DNA of 45,280 bases from a virus (Duplodnaviria > Caudoviricetes). The stretch lies in the IMG/VR virus record IMGVR_UViG_3300020045_015401, positions 1 through 45,280 of that record; one strand, written 5' to 3'. The translations under genes were made by a program, and so were the position numbers. Every line of letters starts with the position of its first letter. The first letter of the stretch is position 1. The notes under the pieces were generated by a model, which saw only the letters and a list, made by a program, of their open reading frames with translations, did no database searches and had not been told where the DNA came from. Below, in pieces: positions 1-8,899 of the stretch.

Positions 1-101
1 CTGAAAAATCCTTGCGAAAAGAGAAAAGAAATAAGACTTTTTGGAAGGTAGTTTCGGGAGCAATACTCACAGGAGCAGGTTATTTATTGATTACGCAGTA
101 A
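1..101 (+). CDS. Partial CDS (3' end) with a C-terminal transmembrane helix, possibly a spanin/lysis-cassette component
   Basis: Frame 3 reads EKSLRKEKRNKTFWKVVSGAILTGAGYLLITQ* (stop ends at 101): basic coiled-coil end followed by a hydrophobic Gly-rich TM segment. Confidence 0.4.
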   Translation, partial: EKSLRKEKRNKTFWKVVSGAILTGAGYLLITQ

Positions 102-131
102 GCCCACATTACAAATCAAATTAAATCAAAT

Positions 132-1427
132 ATGTCAAATTCACGAAAAAGTTCACAATGGAATTGTTATGATAATGAAATCAAGAGAATACTAGAAGAA
201 AATGAAGGGATTGAAGCAATAGAAGTAGTAAATAAATTAGAAATACCATTAGAAAGATTAGAAAAGGGGCAGTTTTCAAGGTACATCAGGAGGAATATAA
301 GTAGGTTGTTAGATAGTGAGATTAAGAAGTTTGAAGCATATCAAGATTTTGAAAATGAAACTACAACTGAAACAAATCAGTATGATTCTCGCAAAGGATT
401 TACAGCAATTTCTTCTTCGGGAGGAATAATGGATATTAAAAAGTATTGTGAGTTTTACAAGTTTGATTATGATACTGTAAAGAGTTGGAAATTAGTTTCA
501 CATACAGGAGTTCCGTTTTATAATATCGCTTTTTACAGCCCTGAAGAACAAGACGAAAAAAGTTATTTAGAGATAAAAGAAATCCTAACAAGGGAATTTG
601 ATAAGGTAATTAAGCATACTTCTACTTTCGTTAAAGGTAGTGAAATAGCAAATATTATTATTGGCGACCCACATTTAGGAGCGTACATCGACGGATTAGT
701 AAATACAAAAGATTTTTCAATCCCAATTCTAATAGATTATTTAGAAGAAATTGTAGCAAAAGTAAATAAGAGAGGGTTCAAGGAAGTCAACGTAATGTTC
801 CTTGGAGATATGATTGAGAGTTTTACCGGATTAAACCACAAAAACTCTTGGAAAGGATTGCAAAAAGGAATGATTGGGGCAGAAGTAATTAAGTTTTCAG
901 TTAAGATTTGGCACGAAAAATTTCTTTCTAAATTAAACAATTTAAGAAAAGTGAAACTTGTTGCAGGAAATCACGATAGGCTTACTTCGGATAAAGACGA
1001 AGACGTTGACGGAGGTGCTGCTGATTTAATCTCTTTTGGACTAGAATTATTAGGATATGATATTGAGTTCCACCCAACTGTAATATCTTGCGAAATAGAC
1101 GGAATAAACTATATTCTACTTCACGGACATAAAGGAATAAGCAGGAAACCCACAAAGGATATTTGTTGGGATTTTGGTAAAAAAGGAATATTTAATGTAA
1201 TACTTGAAGGGCATTTACATTCTATCATACAGAATTTAAGTGTAAATATGAGAGGAAAGTTCAATATTCTGAAAGACGATTCTGTTGACCATATAAGAAT
1301 GCACGCCAGGAGTTTGTTTACAGGAAATGGATATAGTGAGGATTTAGGGTTTACATCAAATGCAGGGTTCTCGATAATTACAAATAATGGAAAAGGACTT
1401 CCTGATATTGATAATAAATTATTATGA
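132..1427 (+). CDS. Calcineurin-like metallophosphoesterase with N-terminal extension
   Basis: All five metallophosphoesterase motifs in order: GDPH, GDMIE, AGNHD, LLHGH, EGHLH. Confidence 0.85.
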   Translation: MSNSRKSSQWNCYDNEIKRILEENEGIEAIEVVNKLEIPLERLEKGQFSRYIRRNISRLLDSEIKKFEAYQDFENETTTETNQYDSRKGFTAISSSGGIMDIKKYCEFYKFDYDTVKSWKLVSHTGVPFYNIAFYSPEEQDEKSYLEIKEILTREFDKVIKHTSTFVKGSEIANIIIGDPHLGAYIDGLVNTKDFSIPILIDYLEEIVAKVNKRGFKEVNVMFLGDMIESFTGLNHKNSWKGLQKGMIGAEVIKFSVKIWHEKFLSKLNNLRKVKLVAGNHDRLTSDKDEDVDGGAADLISFGLELLGYDIEFHPTVISCEIDGINYILLHGHKGISRKPTKDICWDFGKKGIFNVILEGHLHSIIQNLSVNMRGKFNILKDDSVDHIRMHARSLFTGNGYSEDLGFTSNAGFSIITNNGKGLPDIDNKLL

Positions 1428-1636
1428 GCGATATAACAAAATGCACGGGCAAAGAGTGTCCTGTAAAAAATAAGTGCTACAGATTCACAGCAAAATCAAG
1501 TGATTATATGCAATCATTTTTTACTATTCCTCCAATAAAAGAGGGTAAATGTGACATGTATTGGGGTGAAAAATCAGAAAGTATATTTAATCAGTTAAAA
1601 GACATTACAAATGGCAAAAGCAAAGATAACATTTGA
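1424..1636 (+). CDS. Small Cys-rich phage protein
   Basis: 70 aa, ATGA overlap with the upstream stop, pattern DITKC-x4-CP-x4-CYRF common in small phage proteins. Confidence 0.65.
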   Translation: MSDITKCTGKECPVKNKCYRFTAKSSDYMQSFFTIPPIKEGKCDMYWGEKSESIFNQLKDITNGKSKDNI

Positions 1637-1853
1637 CCTAAGCAATCAGGATGATGTTCGAGAATATAACCTTTATAACAATGCAGAAGGAATGTTTGGC
1701 GCTTTATTTGAGATTTCCTGTAACCTAAAAAAGAAAATGAGATTTGCCGCCGAAGAAGGGAAACTAAAATCAGGAGATACTTTAGATATGGTTTTTGAAG
1801 CCATCGCTGAAATACTCGAAGAAAATAATGTACTAATCGATAAACTATCATAA
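1611..1853 (+). CDS. Hypothetical phage protein
   Basis: 80-aa ORF tightly packed in the operon, A-rich upstream region. Confidence 0.7.
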   Translation: MAKAKITFDLSNQDDVREYNLYNNAEGMFGALFEISCNLKKKMRFAAEEGKLKSGDTLDMVFEAIAEILEENNVLIDKLS

Positions 1854-1854
1854 T

Positions 1855-2094
1855 ATGTCCGATACAAAAAGAATACGAGTGCTTACAGTGATATACTCGC
1901 TAAGAGAAGATATTCACGTCGCTGATAAACCAAGAGATATAACTATTAATGGAGTTAAAGAGCGTAGAGTAATTACTAATATTGAGTTGGTTGGTAAAGT
2001 TTACCAATTATACATTTCTGTTGGTGAAGAGAGTAAACATTGGAAAGACGTGCCGCAAAGCGATAGGGTAATCGCAGAATATTACATCGAATAA
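1855..2094 (+). CDS. Hypothetical phage protein (beta-rich)
   Basis: 79-aa ORF, 1 bp after the previous stop and 2 bp before the next start. Confidence 0.7.
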   Translation: MSDTKRIRVLTVIYSLREDIHVADKPRDITINGVKERRVITNIELVGKVYQLYISVGEESKHWKDVPQSDRVIAEYYIE

Positions 2095-2096
2095 TT

Positions 2097-2657
2097 ATGA
2101 GGATGCCTGATAGATTTATCGTAACTCCTTTCAATGGGGAGAAATTCATCACCACAAAAAAAGTAGGTGATAAAACGCTTATTATAAACACCTCTATTGA
2201 AAACGCCAAGGATGTAAATCGTATTGGGGTGGTAGTTTCGCTACCATTAAACTATGAAGGAAACATACAAATTGGCGACCAAGTAGTAATCCAACACAAT
2301 ATATTCCGAACCTACTTCGACGGACAGGGAAAAACAAGAGAATCGGACTCCTACATCAAGGATAAATTATTTCAGGTGTTGCCGGAACAGATATTCTTAA
2401 TTTTCCGTGGCGAAGAAACCATATCCGTTGATAATTTTGTTTTTATCGAACCCATTATCGAAGAAAAAAAATGGATTGGAACTACCGAATTAGAACACGT
2501 TGGAATAGTAAAATATTCCAATAGAATACTTGAAGCACAAGGAGTTTTTGTAGGCGACAAAATAGCCTTCAAATCAGATTCGGAGTATAGTTTTGATATA
2601 AAAGGGATAAAACTATACCGCATCAGGACACGAAATATTTTGGCAATTCTATATTAA
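2097..2657 (+). CDS. GroES-like co-chaperonin, two tandem GroES-like domains
   Basis: Two repeats of the GroES pattern: DRFIVTP...GVVVSLP...IQIGDQVV and NFVFIEP...GIVKY...VFVGDKIAF...ILAIL. Confidence 0.6.
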   Translation: MRMPDRFIVTPFNGEKFITTKKVGDKTLIINTSIENAKDVNRIGVVVSLPLNYEGNIQIGDQVVIQHNIFRTYFDGQGKTRESDSYIKDKLFQVLPEQIFLIFRGEETISVDNFVFIEPIIEEKKWIGTTELEHVGIVKYSNRILEAQGVFVGDKIAFKSDSEYSFDIKGIKLYRIRTRNILAILY

Positions 2658-3247
2658 ACATGCTTCCAAGATTTTCTTAGTATTATTTGGCTAATTGTAG
2701 AGCTCGGAACGTTATATAGTTTTCGTAATTCACCATAGCTTAAATTACTATTTCTAATATACAAAATATCTTTTTCAGTAAATTTTGAATTATATCTATT
2801 TTCTCCTTTAGAGTGATTTATCCTCCCTCTTTCTACTGCATGTCTATTATTATCAGAATAAGTACTCCACATTAGATTAATTGGTCTATTATCAGTTGAA
2901 ATATCATTTAAATGCTCAACAATAGGTAGATTTAATGGATTAGGTATATGTATTAATGCTACTAAAATATGTATGCCCCAACGTTTATATTTTCCGTCTT
3001 TACACAAGCTAATTCCTAAATGTCTTGTTCTAGGTTGATGAGTCTGACTTAATATTTTAACTTTACTCATAAATGGGTATTTACCTGCCCTTAGTATAAT
3101 ACGGCTTAAACTTTTTACTCTAAATAAACTGCTTAACTGATAACAGCCTTCAAAGTTTGGTATATCATACCATTGTTCAATTTGTGGTATTCCGTCGATG
3201 TCGATGTACTTAATATCTTCTAAACTTAAATTTTTGTAGTATTCCAT
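2654..3247 (-). CDS. NUMOD4-HNH homing endonuclease with C-terminal HTH
   Basis: NUMOD4 motif EQWYDIPNFEGCYQLSSLFRVKS; HNH core IHILVA...VEHLNDISTDNRPINLMWSTYSDN; C-terminal SYGELRKLYNVPSSTISQI. Confidence 0.85.
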   Translation of the reverse strand: MEYYKNLSLEDIKYIDIDGIPQIEQWYDIPNFEGCYQLSSLFRVKSLSRIILRAGKYPFMSKVKILSQTHQPRTRHLGISLCKDGKYKRWGIHILVALIHIPNPLNLPIVEHLNDISTDNRPINLMWSTYSDNNRHAVERGRINHSKGENRYNSKFTEKDILYIRNSNLSYGELRKLYNVPSSTISQIILRKSWKHV

Positions 3248-3248
3248 A

Positions 3249-3878
3249 TTAAAATAATTTTTGTTGTGCTACGTGGTTATTAATACGCTCCATTGCTTTA
3301 TCGTAATGTACTTCATCTAATTCACAAGCTGTCAAATCATATTTATAGTCGTGACAAGCTATAGCAATACTTCCGCTACCTAAATGTGTATCTAAAATTT
3401 TATCGTTTGGTTTAGCGTATTTATCTAAAATAAATTTATATAAATCAATAGGCTTTTGTGTAGGGTGTATTTTATCTGTATGGTTGTGTTTATGTATTCC
3501 GTAATCAAAAATTTTTGCAGGAGTTTTTAAACCCATACTTACCCAAGCGTACTCTGCCGTGGCGAAATTATCTACTGTTTGCTTTTTGTTCCAAATCAAA
3601 AAATATTCGCTTGGAGGCATTATAAAATTATTAGCACCCCAAACAATTTGATTTTTAGAAACTCTAAACAATTCTTTCCAATATTCTGGCTTTGGTTTAA
3701 CATCCCACTCAATACCTTTTTTAGCAGTTCTTTTATCCATTTTAAACCTTGTTGTTCCAAATCCTTTTTTAAATCTTTCAATTCCATAAGGAGGGTCAAC
3801 TATCGCAAGGTCAAAGTAATTGTCAGGATAACGGCTCATTAACTCCATATTATCCTCATTCGTAATTGTTAAACTCAT
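3249..3878 (-). CDS. DNA N6-adenine/N4-cytosine methyltransferase, beta class
   Basis: Catalytic DPPY precedes HPTQKP and the SAM-binding ILDTHLGSGS motif. Confidence 0.92.
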   Translation of the reverse strand: MSLTITNEDNMELMSRYPDNYFDLAIVDPPYGIERFKKGFGTTRFKMDKRTAKKGIEWDVKPKPEYWKELFRVSKNQIVWGANNFIMPPSEYFLIWNKKQTVDNFATAEYAWVSMGLKTPAKIFDYGIHKHNHTDKIHPTQKPIDLYKFILDKYAKPNDKILDTHLGSGSIAIACHDYKYDLTACELDEVHYDKAMERINNHVAQQKLF

Positions 3879-3893
3879 ACTTTTTTAAAACAT

Positions 3894-3979
3894 AAAACCC
3901 CATAATTCAAACAGGCTTCGACATCTGTTATCCTTATGAGGCTTTTGTTATTTTTTAATTTTAGTTACTCTGTCGAAGC
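3894..3979 (-). promoter_or_regulatory. Structured 5' leader (putative attenuator) of the MTase-HNH cassette
   Basis: Hairpin arms 3894-3905/3934-3946 with inner stem 3910-3914/3925-3929; loop 3915-3923 is perfectly complementary to 3971-3979 (9 bp). Confidence 0.6.
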
Positions 3980-3987
3980 ATAACTTA

Positions 3988-4032
3988 GGCAAAGATAAGG
4001 AAACTATTTCACATAATTGGAAACTATTTCCA
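3988..4032 (-). promoter_or_regulatory. 45-bp promoter/operator element, copy 1 (identical to 17681-17725)
   Basis: Minus strand TGGAAATAGTTTCCAATTATGTGAAATAGTTTCCTTATCTTTGCC: two GAAA-TAG-TTTC palindromes and a TATCTTTG -7 box. Confidence 0.8.
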
Positions 4033-4058
4033 TTTTTATTCAGCAATTTCTATATTTT

Positions 4059-4100
4059 AAACGACACTAAATATTTGTTGTCGTTAAATTTATACCTTTG
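4059..4100 (+). promoter_or_regulatory. Late-type promoter 1: 28-bp palindromic operator plus -7 box
   Basis: AAACGACACTAAA-TA-TTTGTTGTCGTTA (4059-4086), 6 bp spacer, TACCTTTG (4093-4100). Confidence 0.75.
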
Positions 4101-4183
4101 TTGAATATGAATTTGTAATAAACGACCAAAGACTATACCGAATGAGAACCCGAAATATATTAGCAAAACTAAATTCATAAAAA

Positions 4184-6169
4184 ATGACAAAGATAAGCAA
4201 CCAAGACGTTTATATTATCGATACTGATGTTTCTGATTTAGACTCTATAATTGGAACAGATGGGAATACAACTGCAAAGAAGACTAAGAATTTCCTTTTA
4301 GGTAAGCTAAAACAATATTTTGTAAGCGGATTATCACCTTTGGAGGGTGGAACGTTACGATATACTGAAATTATTTATAATGGTGAATTATATGCTACAA
4401 ATGCGGATGTATTAAATAATTTAGATCCTGTATTTGTGGTTGAGCAATATCACGTTGTAGTGGTAAATTTGAACGGGGTAAAATCGATATTGAAACTACA
4501 AAACCAAAGTGTAGGGATAGATTTACCCGATGTATTGACTACTGATTTTATTGAGATTACACCTACAGCTTCAAATTTAGGAGCGACAGGTGCAAGATTG
4601 TTTAAAGAATTATCAAACAACGACTATAAGTTTAGAAGAATTGTTGCTACAAATTCGGGAGGAGGGGCTACTCTTCTAAAAACCCAAGAAGAAAACGCAG
4701 AATTTATTTCTATTATAGCGAAAACTTTAATAGCCGAAAGTCAGGGTTCTGGAACATCAATAATTAAAGACTTGCAAGTAAATACCAATGACAATAAACT
4801 AAGATTAAAATCTTTAATTTCTTCGTCTTTGAATATAACTGCTACAGAAACAGATGAAGTATCTATAGAATTACCCGTAGTTTCAGACATTCCATCGTTA
4901 ATTGTAAATTCAGCTTATTCAGGAGATGAAGAAACAGGAACAGCCTCAAAACCATTTAAAACAATTCAGGCGGCATTAGACGCTTATAAAGGAACAGGAG
5001 GAAGAGGCACGATACTAGACCCTGCAAATCCAGAGTTAATAAATTCTATAATAGAGATTGAAAAAGGCAGTGGAGCTTATAATTTCACAGGAGATTTTAA
5101 CTATAAGGATTTACAAATAACACTTAAAGAAGGAGTTAGAATCAACAGCACCCCAATAAGTGGATGGCTTATGGATTTTAATTTATTTAGCACTATTTTG
5201 TCCCATAAGCCGATATTGGTTTTTGCAGAAAACGCTTATATAAATTGTAATACAAATGGTTTTAAACTTATAGGAGTTAATTTACCATCTACAGGGAATT
5301 CAATTTTCAAAATGCTTACTTTGAGAGGTGTAGGAGGTGGTGTCGTATTAATCGGAACTACAGAAGCAGATATATTATTTGAAGTAGATGGTGCTAATTT
5401 ACAATATGAAAATTCAGGGTATAGCACCCTAGAAATAAGCTCTAGAGTTTCAATAAATAGAGGTAGAATGTTTGTTATTAAAGGAAAAGGACAAGTAGAT
5501 AATAAAGGAAATTTTTTAAATATCCTCAACAATATAAACGATACAATTACAAACACATACCCAACCGTTGAAATAGCAAATAGCGGGAATTTGTCATTAA
5601 GTGGTTCTGAATTTTGGATAGGAGCTACCCCAACCGTAACGTACACTCAATTTTTACATTTAACTAACTCTGCTACTTTTACAGCTATAGACACTATATT
5701 TAGAGGGAATACTGAATATTTTGCCTATAACAATACAGCGGCAGATACCGCAGGAGTAGTTTTAGATTCTTGTAAAATGTACATACTTACAGACACTTCT
5801 TTTGGAGGAATTGTTAGCGGTGTTTGGGGCAATATAAACTTGACGTATAACAATATGCCAAACACAAGCATTAACCCTACAACGACTACGCTAATAGCTT
5901 CTTCAGTTAATACAATTGGAGGTAAAATTATTGAAACACTATCTACTTATGGCAGTAAAGCATTAGCTGTAGCAGCAGGAATAGGCAAGGGAGGTGCTTT
6001 TATAAAAGCTACTAATGTGAATGCTGTAGATTTAGTTGCGGGAGTAGAGTATAAAGTAACAACATTTGGCGATGGAGCATTAGGCGCTTTAAACACTTAT
6101 TTTACCGCCACAGGTTCAGAAACAGGAACAGGAGTTGGAACATTATACGAAAGAGATATTGTAATGTAA
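4184..6169 (+). CDS. Tail fibre/spike-like virion protein with probable beta-helix
   Basis: 661 aa; shaft-like repeats (SNLGATGARLFK, NSGGGATLLK, SQGSGTSIIK); GDEETGTASKPFKTIQAAL motif that typically precedes pectin-lyase-like beta-helices; N/S/T/G-rich C-terminal half. Confidence 0.65.
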   Translation: MTKISNQDVYIIDTDVSDLDSIIGTDGNTTAKKTKNFLLGKLKQYFVSGLSPLEGGTLRYTEIIYNGELYATNADVLNNLDPVFVVEQYHVVVVNLNGVKSILKLQNQSVGIDLPDVLTTDFIEITPTASNLGATGARLFKELSNNDYKFRRIVATNSGGGATLLKTQEENAEFISIIAKTLIAESQGSGTSIIKDLQVNTNDNKLRLKSLISSSLNITATETDEVSIELPVVSDIPSLIVNSAYSGDEETGTASKPFKTIQAALDAYKGTGGRGTILDPANPELINSIIEIEKGSGAYNFTGDFNYKDLQITLKEGVRINSTPISGWLMDFNLFSTILSHKPILVFAENAYINCNTNGFKLIGVNLPSTGNSIFKMLTLRGVGGGVVLIGTTEADILFEVDGANLQYENSGYSTLEISSRVSINRGRMFVIKGKGQVDNKGNFLNILNNINDTITNTYPTVEIANSGNLSLSGSEFWIGATPTVTYTQFLHLTNSATFTAIDTIFRGNTEYFAYNNTAADTAGVVLDSCKMYILTDTSFGGIVSGVWGNINLTYNNMPNTSINPTTTTLIASSVNTIGGKIIETLSTYGSKALAVAAGIGKGGAFIKATNVNAVDLVAGVEYKVTTFGDGALGALNTYFTATGSETGTGVGTLYERDIVM

Positions 6170-6199
6170 AGCAAGTGATTTTTTTGATTTGCCAAATTT

Positions 6200-6241
6200 A
6201 AACGACAACAAACATTTGCAAACGTTAAATTAATACCTTTG
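6200..6241 (+). promoter_or_regulatory. Late-type promoter 2 (terminase-portal operon)
   Basis: AAACGACAACAAA-CA-TTTGCAAACGTTA (6200-6227), 6 bp spacer, TACCTTTG (6234-6241). Confidence 0.75.
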
Positions 6242-6247
6242 TTACCA

Positions 6248-8896
6248 ATGAAAGGCTTAAGTGAAGACATAGAATTTGCCATTAAGGATTCCCTACAAGG
6301 GATGGAGCTTAACGTTGATATATCAAAGGTCAACGATGAGAAATTGTCTGCGCTTGTGAAATCCAGAATTGAATCTTTCATTGCGATAAAAGAACTTTTA
6401 GTTACTTGGCAAAACTCACCGAACGCACCAAGTCACGAAAAACTAAGAAATTATATCATTGAACTTGTATCAATAGGGAATAACTCGATTGATGTATTAC
6501 GTAAAGCATTAAAAAAAGAGATAAATTTTGAAGATTTAGATGCCGAGAAATACGGAACAGCTATCCGTTCAAAACCTCTTTTACTTAAAGCGATTACCGA
6601 CATTAATGCGGGAAACATCGAGTTGCAAAACCAAATTGACGCCGATAAGTTCGACCTCCAAGAACGGGAATTCAAAAGAGGTTATCCTGAAAAGTTTGCC
6701 AACCAAGAGTTTTTACCCTTAAAAAAATATCACAAAGAATGGTATGATGCTGAAACCGATAGCGTAATGATTTGTCCATTAGGAACAAAAGGCGAAATTA
6801 TTACCCTTGACGGGCTGAATATAATGCTTCCTAAAAAGCCAAAACGTACCGAGATACTTTTCGAAAAATACGCTCCTGCCGAACAATATTGGAGAAGACA
6901 GGAAATGCCGAAAGGTTTGACTCCCGATACAGAAGAAGCTTTTGCATATTACATAGTAAAGGAATACAAACGCCGTAGAGAAGGCGTTTGGTTTATGAAT
7001 AACGGACAGGCAGTTTACATTACTCCCGAACATTATATGGGGTTACAATGGAACCAAATGGCTGATACAGGAGGTTATAAAGACTTTCGTATGGCGCAAG
7101 CGAATATGTATTATTTCGCTAAGGCTTGCCTTATTGATAAAAGAAGTATTGGAATGTTCTTCACTAAAGGTCGTCGTACAGGATTTACGGAAATGGCATT
7201 AGACCACTTGGTAGAATTATCAACTACAACCAAAAATCAAAAGATAGGTATTACTTCGAAATCCGATGCGGATGCGATGGTAGCCTTCCAAAAATATTCG
7301 TATGTAATTCAGAATTTACCTTTCTTTTTCCAACCCGTTGTGAAGGGAAAAATTGACGATGTAAAGAAAATGGTATTTGGTAAACCTTCAGATAATTCAA
7401 GGGCGGCCAAAAAGAACAAAGATACTTCTACGGCTGATTATTTAAACACTACAGTTGATTACAGAGCCACAGCGATACTTTCTTATGACTCCGTGAAACT
7501 GAATATGTATTTAGGTGATGAAGCCTCAAAATGGGAGCATTTAAGCTATTTAGCACATTGGATGAATATTAAACCTACAATGATTCAAGGGGGTAGAGTA
7601 GTAGGGAAATCATTTATTGGTTCCACTTTAAATCCATTAGCAAAAGGGGGAAGTGATTTTAAATTAATGGATGTAGGTTCAAATGTATTGAAACGAAACG
7701 ACAACGGACGAACTACCACAGGATTGTATGCTTATTTCTTACCCGCACATCATAACGCAGAGGATTACACCGATAAATATGGGGTTTGCCACGCCGTAGT
7801 AGAAAAAGGAAAAAGTTTTGTAAATGCACAAGGGGAATTAAAACTATACGGTTCATTACAGTATTTAGAAAATGAATTTAAGTCAGCCCGAATGATGGGT
7901 GAAAAAAACTATTGGAATGCAAGACGTTTAGACCCAATTACCAAGGCAGATGCTTTTCGTGACGAGTCTGTTTCTACCATATTTGACCAACAGAAAATAA
8001 ACGACCAATTAGACTATAACGAAACCTACGAAATAAATAAAACTCTAGTTAGAGGCAATTTTGAATGGGAAGATAATATTCCTGATTCAAGAGTTCTTTG
8101 GAAACCAATGGCTAAAGGAAGGTTTTTAGTGAGTTGGATTCCTCCTGTAGAAATGAGGAACAAATGGGAAATCAAAAGAAACGAGTTCGGCCACGTTTCA
8201 AAGCATCCTGGCAATGATGATTTAGGAGCGTTTGGAGTCGATACCTATGACCAAGATTCTACGCAGGGAAGTCAACTTCAAGAAACAGAAAACGGATCGG
8301 AACACAGCGAAGGTTCGAAAGGTGCATTTATAGGGCTTACCCGTACTACAATGAAAGATGCTCCAAGCAATTCATTTATTGTAGAATACATTACAAGACC
8401 ACAAACCGCAGAGATATTCTTCGAGGATTGCTTAATGGCGGCGGTGTTTTACGGAATGCCTTGTTTGATTGAGAATAACAAAACTCGATTCTTGCTACAC
8501 TTTAGAAACCGTGGTTATAGAGGATATTCCATACATCGTTTTGATAAACCGATGAATAAACTTTCGCAAACTGAAAAAGATTTGGGAGGCGTACCGAGTT
8601 CAGGAGTAGATATTATCACACAGCATTGGACAGGAATAGAAACCTACATCGATAAATACGTTGGAAACTATACCCAAGGACAAAACTTGCACCCTGTAAG
8701 AGTTGAGGGCGAAATGGGAAGTATGCCTTTTGACAGAACGCTTCGAGATTGGGCGAGATTTAATGTAGCCAAAAGAACAGAATTTGATGCTACAATCGCT
8801 TCGGGATATGCGATAATGGCCGTAAACAGAAAACCATATTTAGCTCCGTCGGGGCCAAAAAAACCAGTACAAATAAAATTTCAAACATACTCATAA
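6248..8896 (+). CDS. terL: Terminase large subunit with a long helical N-terminal extension
   Basis: Terminase Walker A KGRRTGFT, Walker B YLGDEASKW, motif III GST, RNase H-type FGVDTYD and C-terminal FDATIASG; directly upstream of the portal. ATG 6248 is preferred over TTG 6239, which lies inside the -7 box. Confidence 0.88.
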   Translation: MKGLSEDIEFAIKDSLQGMELNVDISKVNDEKLSALVKSRIESFIAIKELLVTWQNSPNAPSHEKLRNYIIELVSIGNNSIDVLRKALKKEINFEDLDAEKYGTAIRSKPLLLKAITDINAGNIELQNQIDADKFDLQEREFKRGYPEKFANQEFLPLKKYHKEWYDAETDSVMICPLGTKGEIITLDGLNIMLPKKPKRTEILFEKYAPAEQYWRRQEMPKGLTPDTEEAFAYYIVKEYKRRREGVWFMNNGQAVYITPEHYMGLQWNQMADTGGYKDFRMAQANMYYFAKACLIDKRSIGMFFTKGRRTGFTEMALDHLVELSTTTKNQKIGITSKSDADAMVAFQKYSYVIQNLPFFFQPVVKGKIDDVKKMVFGKPSDNSRAAKKNKDTSTADYLNTTVDYRATAILSYDSVKLNMYLGDEASKWEHLSYLAHWMNIKPTMIQGGRVVGKSFIGSTLNPLAKGGSDFKLMDVGSNVLKRNDNGRTTTGLYAYFLPAHHNAEDYTDKYGVCHAVVEKGKSFVNAQGELKLYGSLQYLENEFKSARMMGEKNYWNARRLDPITKADAFRDESVSTIFDQQKINDQLDYNETYEINKTLVRGNFEWEDNIPDSRVLWKPMAKGRFLVSWIPPVEMRNKWEIKRNEFGHVSKHPGNDDLGAFGVDTYDQDSTQGSQLQETENGSEHSEGSKGAFIGLTRTTMKDAPSNSFIVEYITRPQTAEIFFEDCLMAAVFYGMPCLIENNKTRFLLHFRNRGYRGYSIHRFDKPMNKLSQTEKDLGGVPSSGVDIITQHWTGIETYIDKYVGNYTQGQNLHPVRVEGEMGSMPFDRTLRDWARFNVAKRTEFDATIASGYAIMAVNRKPYLAPSGPKKPVQIKFQTYS

Positions 8897-8899
8897 GTT

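Noticed and set aside
2654-3878. MTase plus HNH as a classical type II restriction-modification system
   Set aside because: The nuclease has NUMOD4/HTH homing-endonuclease architecture; orphan MTases next to free-standing HNH genes are common in phages.
4120-4130. AAACGACCAAA half-site downstream of late promoter 1
   Set aside because: A single degenerate arm with no partner arm and no -7 box in register.
6239-6247. TTG start for terL given by the ORF track
   Set aside because: The TTG is part of the TACCTTTG promoter box; ATG 6248 is more plausible.
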